From the NCBI GenBank assembly GCA_951406725.2, contig OX597828.1, forward strand, positions 65,100,001 through 65,164,000: a DNA stretch of 64,000 bases. The letters run 5' to 3'. Below the pieces are notes generated by a model. That model was not told where the DNA came from and ran no database searches. It saw only the letters and a program-made list of their open reading frames with translations. The DNA comes from Octopus vulgaris. Its lineage: Eukaryota. Position numbers and translations under genes: made by a program. Positions 1 to 14,718 of this stretch are shown in pieces (position 1 is the stretch's first letter; the number at the start of each line of letters is the position of its first letter).

Positions 1-159
1 AGAAGTTAGTCGATTACGTCGACCCAAACACTCAGCTGATACTTTTTTGATCCACACCGAAAGGATGAAAGGTGAGGTCGATCTCGGCGGAATTTGAACT
101 CAGAACACAAAGACAGACGAAATGCCGGCGTGGTAACGATTCTGCCAGCTCATCACCTT
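1..159 (-). mobile_element. SINE group A (tRNA-derived), older copy cut by window edge
   Basis: Reverse complement matches group-A head/body (aaggcggcgagctggcagaa...gttctgagttcaaattccgccgaggtcgac...tttcatcctttcggggtcgat) seen intact at 33633-33863. Confidence 0.85.
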
Positions 160-1860
160 ACTGCACATAATAAGATTCCTTCGTACTTCCTGCAACAGTT
201 TCGTTTTGCTTTTGTTTGTTTCAGTCAGAACATGTTTGGCACACACGGTTATTATTTCAACATTATATTTGTTCATAATAATCACAAGAAATACATGTAC
301 TTATTAATGATCTAATAACAATGCTTTCCATTTTCTCTCTTTTACTTCGAAGTATTGGTTTTGGTTTTAATACTATTTCCTGTATCCCTGATTTTACGTA
401 GAACTACATAATCTTTCTCCGTTTTGTTATTCTAGCGGAGCCGGATAATTTCAAATCTGACCCCAATTTAGTGTATGGAGTATAGTCATCAGAAAAATAT
501 TTATCTGAATTTGACAACGATTCTGTATACATCTGCCAAAGTTACAGCAATAAATAAGATTCTAAGTGGTTATATCATTTACTTGAAAGGTAGTTAAGAA
601 ATAAAACAAGCTTATCGTATTCATTACCAGGATGATATATTAAAGAAATCTGAGCAAGTGACTGGCTTTTTGTTTTGAAAATGTTTAACAATGAGGCTTT
701 ATAATTGGACACCAGTATAGAGAGAAACATACTGTTTCACTTATTAACATTTACTCACAATGCACACACATATATGCACACACACAGAGACACACACGCA
801 CACACTCTCTCAAATATATATGTATATGCATGTCCATATATAATTGCATATATATATATATATATATATAGGAGGGTGTCTGTGCGTGCGTGCATGGGTA
901 TGTGCCCATAGAGATGTTTTTTATAAATATATATCTACACGTACTAAATTTGCGCATACAAATTATATAAACGAACACAGACAAACGCAAACACACGCGT
1001 GCGCACGCACACACGCGCACACACATAAAAAGCACACACACACACACGTACCTTATACAACAGGAGCCATTTCGAGGCAACGCCTTCATGCTGGGACACG
1101 TCTGTGTGCTTGTGTGTGCACATATATGTATATATAAATATTCGCGCACATATATATATATATATGTATATACGAAAGTTTGTATATATATGTTTATGTG
1201 AATATGTACGCTTGTGTTAATATACAATGCAGTATTGCACAGAGTTAAAATAGAACTCTGCTTTTCTGCCATTATATGATTTATTGTTCAAATTCCCATG
1301 CAATTTTCGTTTATATTTTCCATTCTCTGCAACTAGAATAGAAGTGTGAATTCTGTGTGTCTAAATTCTACAAGCCTGCAGCTAACAACAACTTTCTAAA
1401 CTAAAATATATCTCATATAAATTTTTTGTGTTGTTTCTATTAATAGTTCATCTTCAGAGTCCTCTCCATATTTTCTTTAATATCAGAAAAGAAGTGGTCT
1501 CATAATAATACTATCGAATAATTTGCGACACTTAATCAAACTAAAGGACCTAATGTCTCTCAATCATTTGAACAATACCTTAAAATCCACTGGTGCCACA
1601 AATGGTTCCTAGGAAAACCTATAATCATTTTCCGGTCTTCTGTGCAAAATATGTTGAATAATTTCTGATTAAGTATATACCTCTAGACGTTCTTAACCTC
1701 GTTGCTTTACAGATTCTTTTAGAACACATCAAATGAGATAGGCATAAAACTGTCTACGAAAGAAATATTTCTGCACTTTACAGTTCTGGTCCTGTGCCTG
1801 AAGGTATAAAAACAACTCTCATTAATGAATAAATAACAAAAATACCAGGGAAGGTGCCAA

Positions 1861-1960
<100 letters not shown>

Positions 1961-2297
1961 TAGATATAGATATATATGAGAGTGTATGTGTGTGCTTGTG
2001 TGTTTGCTTGTGTGTGTGTGCTTGTGTGTTCGTGTTTGTTTATGTGTATACGACTATATATATCTATATATATATATATATATAAACACATGTACATGCC
2101 TAATAATATAGATATAGATATAGATGTTTATATATATATTCATATGCATACTATATACAAACGCATACATATGTATATATACATACATATATAGATATAT
2201 ATATGTATACATGTATGTATATATGTATATGTGTGTGTATATATATATAATATAATACACATACACACACACATGTAAATGTGTATGTGTATCTATA

Positions 2298-2900
<603 letters not shown>

Positions 2901-2908
2901 ATACATAA

Positions 2909-2970
2909 TGGCGTTGCCCCAGCATGGCCATAGCTCGTGAGCTGACACTAGATAAAATAAAAAAAGAAAA
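2909..2970 (+). mobile_element. Short 3' stub of a CR1-tail retroposon
   Basis: ggcgttgccccagcatggccatagctcgtgagctgacactagata followed by A-rich tail; second copy at 21128-21184 (-). Confidence 0.7.
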
Positions 2971-3149
2971 TACATACACACACACACACATTCATATATG
3001 CGTGTGTGCGTGCATGCATGCTTGCGTGTGCGTGTGTTTGCTAAACGGATGACACGTTGTGTCACAGAACTATTCCTTTGTTGGCGATAGGCCCAGGTGA
3101 TTTCCATTTTCTGAATGTTAATAACATTCAAATTCTTACCAATGGTTAG

Positions 3150-3431
<282 letters not shown>

Positions 3432-3627
3432 CTGTAAGAGTACATGCTGGTTTTTTGACAACGGGGCACTTCAGATCTTATTTTCAGCAGTGTTGGTGTT
3501 GTAATACCTTCAGTTATATTTAGTGACAATAATTGTTTTCCTTTTGGTGAAACTCTGCTAACTAGCTGCCTTATTAAATTATATATATATATATTTAAAT
3601 AAATAAATAAATATATATATATATATA

Positions 3628-4277
3628 TCCTTAAAATCCTTTAAAATGTTTTAGCCCGAAGGCCGCGGCCATGCTGGGGCACCACCGCTGAATGAGCTAC
3701 ACTAGTTTGTGAATCCACCTCTGATACGTGGCACTTGATCAACAAGGGAGTTCGATGCTGCTGCCTGCATCCGTGTCTCCTGTCGTGAGGTAGGTTCATC
3801 TGGGGCTCCCAACAAGAAGAGATCCAGTTTAGTTTTAAAGAAACCCACATCCACACCATGTAAGTCTCTCAGGCATTTAGGGAGGATGTTAAAGAGCTGT
3901 GGTCCTCTGAAACCCAAGCTGTTGCAGTATCTGGACCTGTATTTTGATGGTGATGTTGGAATCCTTGGCACCACGCAGCGGCGCCCGTTCTGCGGTTGGA
4001 GTAACTTTGAATGCCAAAGTTTGGGACAAGACCCTCCAGGATTTTCCAGATGTATATCACTGCATATCTCTCCCGCCTCCGCTCCAGGGAGAAGAGGTTT
4101 AATACCTTCAGTCTTTCCCAGTAGCTGACATTTTGCATTGAGACGATTTTCTTTGTGTAGCTTCTCTGAGTTGCTTCAAGTTCTGCTGTTTGTTTTATAT
4201 TGTGTGGTGACCAAAGTTGGGAGCAGTAGTCCAAGCGGCTGAAGACAAATGTTTTCCATAGGACCATCAGTGTCTCC

Positions 4278-4280
<3 letters not shown>
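3628..4280 (-). mobile_element. 5'-truncated CR1-group LINE: ORF2 C-terminus plus 3' UTR
   Basis: ORFs 3869-4267 and 3702-3974 join by one frameshift into KTFVFSRLDYCSQLWSP...YWERLKVLNLFSLERRRERY...GPQLFNILP...FKTKLDLFL (typical CR1/L2-group post-RT region); stop at 3702-3704; tail of short tandem units (ttttaaagga/ttttaagga); flanked by (TA)n. Confidence 0.9.
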
Positions 4281-4313
<33 letters not shown>

Positions 4314-4315
<2 letters not shown>

Positions 4316-4491
4316 CAGTCATTCGATTGTGGCCATGCTGGAGCACCGCCTTTAGTCGAGCGAATCGACCCCAGGACTTATTCTTTGTAAGCCTAGAACT
4401 TATTCTATTGGTCTCTTTTGCCGAACCGCTAAGTTACGGGGACGTAAACACACCCCCATCAGTTGACAAACACACACACACACACACACAC

Positions 4492-4534
<43 letters not shown>

Positions 4535-4684
4535 ACGGGCTTCTTTCAGTTTCCGTCTACCAAATCCACTCACAAGGCTTTGTCCACTCACAAGACACTT
4601 GTCCAAGATGCCACGCAGTGGGACTGAACCCGGAACCATGTGGCTGGTAAGCAAGCTACTTACCACACAGCCGCTCCTACGCCT
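4314..4684 (-). mobile_element. SINE group B
   Basis: Reverse complement of the group-B consensus with a small internal deletion. Confidence 0.9.
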
Positions 4685-4688
4685 AGTA

Positions 4689-4835
4689 GGCACATGGCCT
4701 AGTGGTTAGAGCAATGGACTCGCAGTTAAGGGACTGCGGGTTCGAATCTCAGACCGGGCGATGTGTGTGTTTATGAGCGAAACACCTAAGCTCCATGTGG
4801 CACCGGCAGAAGGTAATGGCTAACTTCTGCTGACT
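4689..4835 (+). mobile_element. SINE group C head (tRNA-Arg-like), 3' part missing
   Basis: tggcctagtggttagagc...ggactcgc...ggttcgaatctcagaccgggcg...gagcgaaacacctaagctcca; directly followed by a group-B copy. Confidence 0.8.
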
Positions 4836-4842
4836 AAGAATA

Positions 4843-5240
4843 TGCGCAGGAGTGGCTGTGTGGTAAGTAGCTTGCTAACCAACCACATGGTTCCGTGTTC
4901 AGTCCCACAGCGTGGCACCTTGGGCAAGTGTCTTCTACTATAGCCTCGGGCCGACCAAAGCCTTGTGAGTGGATTTGGAGACGGAAACTGAAAAGAAACC
5001 CGTCGTATATTTGTATATATATATGCGTGTGTGTGTTTGTGTGTCTGTGTTTGTCCCCGTAGCATTGCTTGACAACCGATGCTGGTGTGTTTATTTCCCC
5101 GTTACTTAGCAGTTCGGCAAAAGAGACCGATAGAATACGTACTGGGCTTACAAAAGAATAAGTCTCGGGGTCGCGTTGCTCGATTAAAGGCGGTGCTCCA
5201 GCATAGCCGCAGTCAAATGACTGAAACAAGTAAAAAAGTA
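4843..5240 (+). mobile_element. SINE group B, full length
   Basis: Matches the 36063 and 51899 copies end to end. Confidence 0.92.
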
Positions 5241-6215
5241 TATATATATATACTATATATATATATATACATATATATATACGTTTGTGTGTGTCTGTGG
5301 TATGTCTGTGTGTGGGGCGGAGGCACAAAATTTGCGTATGTCATTCTATGACATACACCAACATGTTAAATATGATGTAACACCTATATTTGCAGACACA
5401 ACGGGACCCCTGCGAGGGTGCTAAGATAAAATTAGTGACGTATATTTTGGATGTTTGTATACATGCGTGCATGCGCGCGCATAAAGTAGGATTATATATT
5501 CACATGCATATTTTGTAGTAAAGCGCTGATTGGCTGACTAGGTGGATTGTTAAACAAAATGGCTTGTGTTATTAAACTACCTGTGTTCTCTTTCTAAGTT
5601 GAATAATTCATAATTTCGTACTTTATCCAGATGGGCTGATACAATATACACCAATCATTTATTTGTAAATATATCCATATACATCTCTTGTAAAACGTGC
5701 AGAATATTAAAATCTCGCAATGTGCATACATTTTCGTAAATCTCGTACGAAGAAAATGAAATTTTAACGGCTATGCACAAGGTTTGTTAAGTAAAAGTGA
5801 ATTTGTCTTTTTTTTTTTGCGACTGTTGTATTACTTTGTGGTAATGATTGCTATAGTAGTGTAGTACCATGTTGATTTTGATGCTGCTACTGCTGCTCCT
5901 CCACCTACTACTACAACTATTCATCGTTTCTGATAATTGCATGAACCGGTGTCTGGATTTCATAAATACTTTCATGAGTGTTTGTTCTCCATTTTATCTT
6001 TTACATTGTCCATTTCTTCCCTTTGTGAGTTTGAATGTGAGGATAATATATGGTACTTCTCTGCCATGCCAAGCTAACATTAATCATAAAATTATACATG
6101 TGTGTGGTGTGTGTACGTGCGTATGTATGAGTGTATTATATTTATAGATCATGTATATATGTGTATATACATATATATACGTATACATATACGTGTGTGT
6201 ATATACACCTATATA

Positions 6216-6246
<31 letters not shown>

Positions 6247-7430
6247 GTATGTATGTATATACACATATATACATGATATATAAATATAATACACTCATAC
6301 GCACACACACCACACAGACACACGCACATGTATATGTATAGATATATATATGTATACACATACATGCACACATACACAAACACACTCAAAAATTATATAC
6401 GACGACAGTGTTTCTTTTGCATATCACTTTAACGTTTTGTAAGTGTTTCATATTGATGATGGTATGCGTTCATTCACAAACGTCAACATTAAAATCAGTA
6501 AACCTCATTTTCGATAAACTGTTACAATCATGATGAATCGACAATACACACGGTCCATTTATATACATAAAGGAATGATAATATGATTGTATAAAGAGCA
6601 AGATAGTGCTGTTTAGGCTATTTACAAATACTTTTAATGTCGGACATTACACTCTTCTATTTTCAAAAGTAAACAAGCTTAAACATTCGGTTTAATAAGA
6701 ATTTAACACCAACATCACGATACCTGGCTCAACACGTTGAAAAGCAAAATGGCACGAAGGAATGTAAAAGAAAACAAAATGGAAGTCAACGTGTATGGCT
6801 TTACACCGTTTTATTGTTCTTGTGGTTTGTGATTTAAAATAACATGAACAATACAGGGTGGTTTGTAGTTTAAAATAATTAATGTTTTTAAAATTTTTAT
6901 TTAGCAGCTTTTTTTTTTTTTTGATCATGGCTAATGTTATTGGAGTGGATTCTGAAAGAAGTTTCATAAAATAAACAATTTTGAAAACTTTCTGAAACCC
7001 AGGAGTTCGTTTACTTTAACATCAACACACCTCCCTCAGTAAGGACAGTGGAGGAGAGGCATGACTGGTGTAAAATGTGTTGGGATGAAAGAAATGTTGA
7101 TATGAGATGAAGAATGTAGGAGAGGCAGAGAGGGAGAGAGTGCTTTGGCTGAATGTAACATCTGAGTTATAAACTAAACAAAACTGACAGGCGTTGAAAC
7201 AGAAAAAAAAGCACCCAGGCATTTACACACACATACACACCCACAAGCACACGCACACAAATAATCCTGCTTATACATATATCGACACACATAGAAACAC
7301 ACTCACACATATAATCCTGCATACGCATATATGTGTGTGTGTGCGTATGTATACGTGTGTGCGTGTGTCTGCGCACTTTGCGTGAATATACATATATTTA
7401 TATATATGTGTGTGTATGTGTGCGCGTATA

Positions 7431-7447
7431 TTTACGTATAAATATAT

Positions 7448-7546
<99 letters not shown>

Positions 7547-7567
7547 TCTTGTTACTTTTTTCTTGGT

Positions 7568-7598
<31 letters not shown>

Positions 7599-7611
7599 AT
7601 ATATATACATA

Positions 7612-7642
<31 letters not shown>

Positions 7643-7653
7643 TATTACATATG

Positions 7654-7685
<32 letters not shown>

Positions 7686-7702
7686 ATATATATATACACA
7701 TA

Positions 7703-7750
<48 letters not shown>

Positions 7751-8536
7751 TACATACATGCTTACATTGTATATCTAAGTGTGTGTAATACACAAACTCA
7801 CACACAAACACACACACACGCACATACACACACACACATTCTCCTGCTTTTACCACTAATTGCATCTGTCAAACGATAAATGATAAGAATCTAGTGTTTG
7901 TTAAGATGGATCGTAAAGATTATTCTAAGTCAGCTAACCCACACGAGGCTTTATCTTCGAGCCGTTACTACTACAGTAACAGCGCACGGATAATACGGCC
8001 TGCAGCCGTCTTCACTGATTCTTTCTCTTTTAAACAGTATTCCGTTTATGTTACCGTGTAGTTTTGTTCCACTTTATATATGCGTGTGTGTGCGTGATGG
8101 CAACAGTGCGGTGGGCGTCGCTTGAGTTGCAGACAAAAATATGTATATGAGGGGCTGAGAGATATTTGCATGTTTTCATCTATGAGGAAATGTATTTTTG
8201 TAGGGATATATCTCAAAATGCTATGACCCGGGTATTTTTGTGCTGCGACTATAACACACTCACATAAAAAACATACACATATGCACAGACTGACACACAC
8301 ATACACACATACAAACCTACCTACATGCCTACATACACACATGCATACATACATACACACATACATATATAAATACATACATACATGCATATATGTGTGT
8401 ATGAGTGCGCGCATGTATGTGTGTGTGGGTGTGGGTGTAGGTGTGTGTGCGTGTGTGTGTGCGCGTGTGTGTATGCGTGTGTGCGTGTATGCGTGTGTGT
8501 ATGCGTGTGTGTGCGTGTGTTTACGTATAAATATAT

Positions 8537-8626
<90 letters not shown>

Positions 8627-8646
8627 TCTTGTTACTTTTTTCTTGG

Positions 8647-8691
<45 letters not shown>

Positions 8692-8736
8692 TATGTATAT
8701 ATATATATATATATATTCTTGTTACTTTTTTCTTGG

Positions 8737-8819
<83 letters not shown>

Positions 8820-9569
8820 TACATACATGCTTACATTGTATATCTAAGTGTGTGTACTACACAAACTCACACACAAACACACACACACGCATATACACAC
8901 ACACACATTCTCCTGCTTTTACCACTAATTGCATCTGTCAAACGATAAATGATAAGAATCTAGTGTTTGTTAAGATGGATCGTAAAGATTATTCTAAGTC
9001 AGCTAACCCACACGAGGCTTTATCTTCGAGCCGTTACTACTACAGTAACAGCGCACGGATAATACGGCCTGCAGCCGTCTTCACTGATTCTTTCTCTTTT
9101 AAACAGTATTCCGTTTATGTTACCGTGTAGTTTTGTTCCACTTTATATGTGCGTGTGTGTGCGTGATGGCAACAGTGCGGTGGGCGTCGCTTGAGTTGCA
9201 GACACAAATATGTATATGAGGGGCTGAGGGATATTTACATGTTTTCATTTATGAGGAAATGTATTTTTGTAGGGATATATCTCAAAATGCTATGACCCGG
9301 GTATTTTGTGCTGTGACTATAACACACTCACATAAAAAACATACACATATGCACAGACTGACACACACATACACACATACAAACCTACCTACATGCCTAC
9401 ATACACACATGCATACATACATACACACATACATATATAAATACATACATACATGCATATATGTGTGTATGAGTGCGCGCATGTATGTGTGCGTGGGTGT
9501 GGGTGTAGGTGTGTGTGCGTGTGTGTGTGCGCGTGTGTGTATGCGTGTGTGCGTGTATGCGTGTGTGTA

Positions 9570-9590
<21 letters not shown>
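7431..9590. repeat. ~1.07 kb tandem duplication (2 units)
   Basis: Unique sequence 7760-8320 recurs at 8829-9390 (offset 1068-1069) with few substitutions; the surrounding microsatellite blocks are also repeated. Confidence 0.95.
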
Positions 9591-9624
<34 letters not shown>

Positions 9625-9989
9625 CCCAGTTTGATTCTGACTGAACATCCCGCTCTCTTGATCTTGCATACATTAACTCCAGACCTTTCAGCATCCTCTC
9701 CTCATCCACATAGCAGCACTCCACCCGGATTACCACTGGATCTTCCTACTCTTTTGGACTCTACCTTCACGGATCTCACTGGCTACTTTGGTTGATATAT
9801 ATACACATGTGTGTGTGTGACTTTGTGTTTGTGTTTGTATGTATGTATGTATGTATGTATGTATGTATGTGTGTGTGTGTACACAAGAACTCACACATAC
9901 AAAATATACTCTTAGCATTGTCTCTGAAAAAATCAATGCACAAGATTCCATTGTAATTATTTATTTATTTATCTATTTATAGGAAGCCA

Positions 9990-10147
9990 TATCTATGCGT
10001 GGAAGTATTTGTTCGACTGGGTGCTGCTGGCGTAATTACGTTCAACTCAAGTTAGAGGAGGGGTGCGTATTGTACACAAGGTTTAGATTTTTCAGAGGTA
10101 CAGCCTCCGAAAAATCCCCCGCGTATTACACTCAAGGATTTACAGTA
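9990..10147. mobile_element. Terminal fragment of a pogo/Tc2-like DNA transposon
   Basis: Ends gcgtattacactcaaggatttacag-TA with an internal repeat gcgtattgtacac; resembles TACCGTAAATCCTCGAGTATAA-type TIRs. Confidence 0.5.
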
Positions 10148-10219
10148 TATATATATATATATATATACATGGAGAGAGAGGGAGGGGTGGAGAGGGACAT
10201 ATAGAGAGAGAGTGAGAGA

Positions 10220-10253
<34 letters not shown>

Positions 10254-10257
<4 letters not shown>

Positions 10258-10445
10258 AGATGTTGTTACACATTGCTGACCACAATGCCCTGTTTTAGCC
10301 TTCAAATGACGCCTCACCGCTGGCTAGGTGAGCAGGCTAACATTCCACTTTCTTTTGTTAATAATACGCCACCCAATCAGGGAATCGAACCCTTGATCTA
10401 GCGATCATGAATGCAACAGCCTAATCACTAGGTCACACCCCTTCA
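10254..10445 (-). mobile_element. Diverged SINE sharing its 3' module with the 47400-47714 copy
   Basis: cagatgttgttacacattgctgaccacaatg...gttttagccttcaaatgacgcc matches 47434-47500; tRNA-like head at 10380-10440. Confidence 0.7.
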
Positions 10446-10599
10446 CACGTGTATATATATATATGTGTGTGTGCGTGTGTATTTTTGTATGTGTGCGCAT
10501 AAATTATTAAATATGCCTACACCTGTTATGAAAGGATTCACAATTCAAAATGTCTCCCCTTTGCTTGTAGAGCAGAATTCTCATCTGTAATAGATATAT

Positions 10600-10985
<386 letters not shown>

Positions 10986-11601
10986 GATAGAGAGACAGAA
11001 ACACACAAACATACATATATATGTATACACACAAAAACAAAGGATAGAGAAAGAGACATATACAAATATATATTTATAAATACAACAAAATGTCTATATT
11101 ATCCACGTGTGTGTGTATCTGTGTGTGTGTGTGTGTGTGTTAGAAAGAAAGTGAGAGAGAGTTAAAGAATGGAGGAAAAGAGAAAGAAAGGCAAACACGT
11201 ACCTCTCACATTCTCTCATAAATCCATGAATATTTCATATTTCACCCGCATCCCTATCCATAACAGTATCCATAATTCATACTTTACTGCATATTCATCA
11301 CTTTTAATCACGATCAGCATCCGATTTGACTGTTTCAATTGAACGTCTCCTTTCAAAAGCCGTGTGTTTTTCCTTTTTACCTTAGCAATACCACAATATT
11401 TTCTTTCTGTATGTGCTTCTCTGTGAGTGTATGCATGCATGTGCGTGTAACATATATATATATATTACATATATATATGTATATATATGCATATATATAT
11501 ACATACATGCATTTATATGTATATATACATGCATATACATATGTATATATATATACACATATATATATATATACATACATATACATATATATACACATAC
11601 A

Positions 11602-11771
11602 CACGAGGAGCTGTTGAAAAGTCTCTGCATTTGGATAAAAGGAAACACAGGAGGATCAATTATGTTCTTATTCAACATATTCCTCTCACAGATTCAACCA
11701 CTTAGTGCAGCAGTCCTTAAGTTTTTCTTAGCCCTGTAAAAGAACTCGACAGGAACTTTTCAGTATCCCTA

Positions 11772-11775
<4 letters not shown>
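11602..11775. mobile_element. Mariner-derived MITE
   Basis: Imperfect TIRs cgaggagctgttgaaaagtctct / aggaactttttcagtatccctagc, set in TA/CA repeats. Confidence 0.6.
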
Positions 11776-11862
<87 letters not shown>

Positions 11863-12945
11863 CACATACACCCCCCTACATATATATATATGTGTGTGTA
11901 TGTGTGCTTTATTTTTCATGCATGTAACTTATGAATGTATGTAATTGTATATATCATTTTTTATTTAAATGTTGATAGAGAGATTGAATGTTTTCAATTC
12001 TAAGATTTTGATTACAGGAAACCGTAGGAACTTGAACTAATGCACTTCAAGTGCGGTCACTCAATATCCACTAGGAAAACAAGTATCTCACAACACAAAA
12101 TCCAAATGATGAATGTTACAAAAACGAAGGATTTTAAATCAAGTATTCGTTAAAACACAAAGAAGGGTAGGTTAAACGCGGGTTAAGAGCTTAAAATGCC
12201 CCGAGAGAACAATGTTATTTGCATGTAGTTCGTAATTCGAGTGACAAGTCTTCTATTATAGTTCTACCAGATATGACTAGAGTTGAATAACTTCAAACAG
12301 AACCATCAAGGGTGCGGCTGGTGTCTGTGTGTCTGTGTGTGTTTGTGTGTCTGTATGCCTGTGTATGTATGTCAGCGTGTATGTGCGTGTGTGCGCGCAT
12401 ATGCGTGTGTATAAAGATGTATGCATGTGTGTATGTTTTTGCAATGTATATATATATACGGGTGGTTGGTCGTAAAATCGTTAAAGCGTCAGACAACATG
12501 TCTCTCTTAAATCTAATTCTCTAAGAATTAATTGTAGCTTCGGTTCTTCGATAAATAAAATAAGTGCAATTCCATTACAGAAGTTCGCATAACAGACCAT
12601 ATATCCATACAATGTACAGAGTAGTTCTAATGTTGGTAATCATTGCCTTATGCAATCACATCGATAACTATGGCGCTTATTCTTCTGTGGTCTCACTAAA
12701 TGGATTACAATTGCATAGTTTAAACTTGAAAACTATTAACCCAATGCACGAAAATATTCATTTCTTCATTCGAATATGATGGTTGACTGCGTCACAACAC
12801 CGTCTCCGCCTTCTTTACTGCATTTATGCGAATGAGTAAATATAGAAACTTGAAACAAATATGAACTGAATTTTCATATTCAGACGGATGAATATATTTA
12901 GTACACACACAAGCGCATGCCTACATATAAATACGTGTGTGTGTG

Positions 12946-13000
<55 letters not shown>

Positions 13001-13008
<8 letters not shown>

Positions 13009-13388
13009 AAATCCGTTCTGTCTGTCTGTGTACGTGCGTCTTCTAGGATCTCGGGCATCCTCCATCCGATTGCGCTCAAATTTGATATGTATATACCGAC
13101 GGTATCAGGGCGTGTATAACTCTTGAAAAAATGACGAAAATCGATTCCAGGTAAGAATGCGAACGATAAAGCCGTGGGAACGTACATTTGTATGCGCAAG
13201 TACATCAGCTGTTGCAATCAATACTACGCGTTCGCGAGGAAAATGCACGAGCAGTTTGCGCAAAAAAAGCCGGCTGGCTTGAAATAATGCCACAAAATGG
13301 AACGGTCGGACAAGTTGTTTTGAGAAAATTTGGTTTAAATGTTTGACAACTCAGTACTGTCCATTGGACGGGGGGCGTTTTGCTCATA
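13001..13388 (+). mobile_element. Non-autonomous Helitron/Helentron-like element
   Basis: Starts attatataaaatcc then (tctg)n then catccgattgcgctcaaatttg; ends with GC-rich ggacgggggcgttttgct; architecture of Lep1/DINE-like rolling-circle elements; inserted in (TA)n. Confidence 0.55.
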
Positions 13389-13401
13389 TACATATAAATA
13401 T

Positions 13402-13433
<32 letters not shown>

Positions 13434-14120
13434 TTATTTATATACTAGAGAGACAGACAAATAGATAGATAGATAAATCAAATTCGAAAACATGTTCCAT
13501 CTTGCAATTTTTGAAATCAATTTACTCGTTTGTTTAGGACGTATTAATCACAATTCACCAAAAGATTCTGAAATATCATATACACCACCTGAAACTATCC
13601 AGAGGAAGTACACGGAACTCCCGATAACGATTTTGAGGAACGTTCCAACCAGCATGTGTACTTCTTTAGATTTAAGCACAGAGAAATATCCACTCTCCTG
13701 TTTCGACTTAGTATTTAGAGATTTGGGGCAACTGAGAATAACCATCGTATTGTAGCATGTAACATTATCAACGCGACTACTCCATAGCTCAGTGGCTTAT
13801 CTAAGTGTATTACTTATACATTACGTATAATATAAGGAAACGATCCTTGCAAGAGATTATTCAAGATATTCTCTAACTGTACACACAGGCAGACGCTTCG
13901 TTATAATAATATGTAATTGACGATATTCAAGATCACACAACACACTATTTCGATTCAAAACTCACTGTAATTTCAATCATTAGAGTGGCCTATAAAATCC
14001 ACCGATATGAATAACAAGAAATTGGTTTGCTAACGGCTCGATATAGCGAAGGATAGATAGGTATGTAGGTCGGTAGGTAGACAGGTAGATAGATAGATAG
14101 ATAAATAAATAGATAGATAA

Positions 14121-14215
14121 CTTTCTTTATTGGCCACACAGGGCTAGACACAGAGGGGACAATTACAATGTAGAGTTTTTCTTTTCGAGGGTGGGGGGCG
14201 AAAAGAAAAAAAAGA
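14121..14215 (-). mobile_element. LINE 3' end inserted in (GATA)n
   Basis: Minus strand ends tccccTctgtgtctagccctgtgtggccaataaagaaa; homologous to 38131-38200 and to the SINE-A tail. Confidence 0.7.
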
Positions 14216-14218
14216 TAT

Positions 14219-14251
<33 letters not shown>

Positions 14252-14259
14252 TAGATAGG

Positions 14260-14361
<102 letters not shown>

Positions 14362-14400
14362 TTCCAAATAATAGAACAAGTCAAATGTGTCACACATCTC

Positions 14401-14718
14401 TTATGACAAGTTAAAATTATTTCTGTGCCACTGTTTTAACACCATTACAAACAAAAGGTTGATGTGAAAAGTTACGTAATATTTGTGGTTTAAAACATTC
14501 GCGTGACACTTCGTCAGACTTGCCTCAAACGTGCGCTCCAAGAGTGTGCGTCTGTCAATCAACATACGACGCTTGACAGACACACCCTTTGATGCAAGCC
14601 TGACGAAGTGTCACACGAATGTTTAAAACTGCAGATATTACGTAACTTTCCCCATGAGATTTTTGTGCAATGTTGTTAAAACAGAATGGTACAGAAACAA
14701 TCGTGACTGATCATTAAA
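14401..14718. repeat. Fold-back (inverted repeat) element with degenerate hammerhead cores
   Basis: Arms ~14401-14529 and ~14588-14718; each has CTGACGA-A-GTG-tca-CRC-GAA (14600-14619 on +, mirror copy on -). Confidence 0.8.

Noticed and set aside
7980-8018. Hammerhead-like GTGAAGA-cGGC..GCC on the minus strand in the duplicated unit
   Set aside because: No GAAA, palindromic helix III or helix I pairing.
9623-9795. Possible RTE-X C-terminal scrap (minus strand)
   Set aside because: Similarity too weak to support a call.
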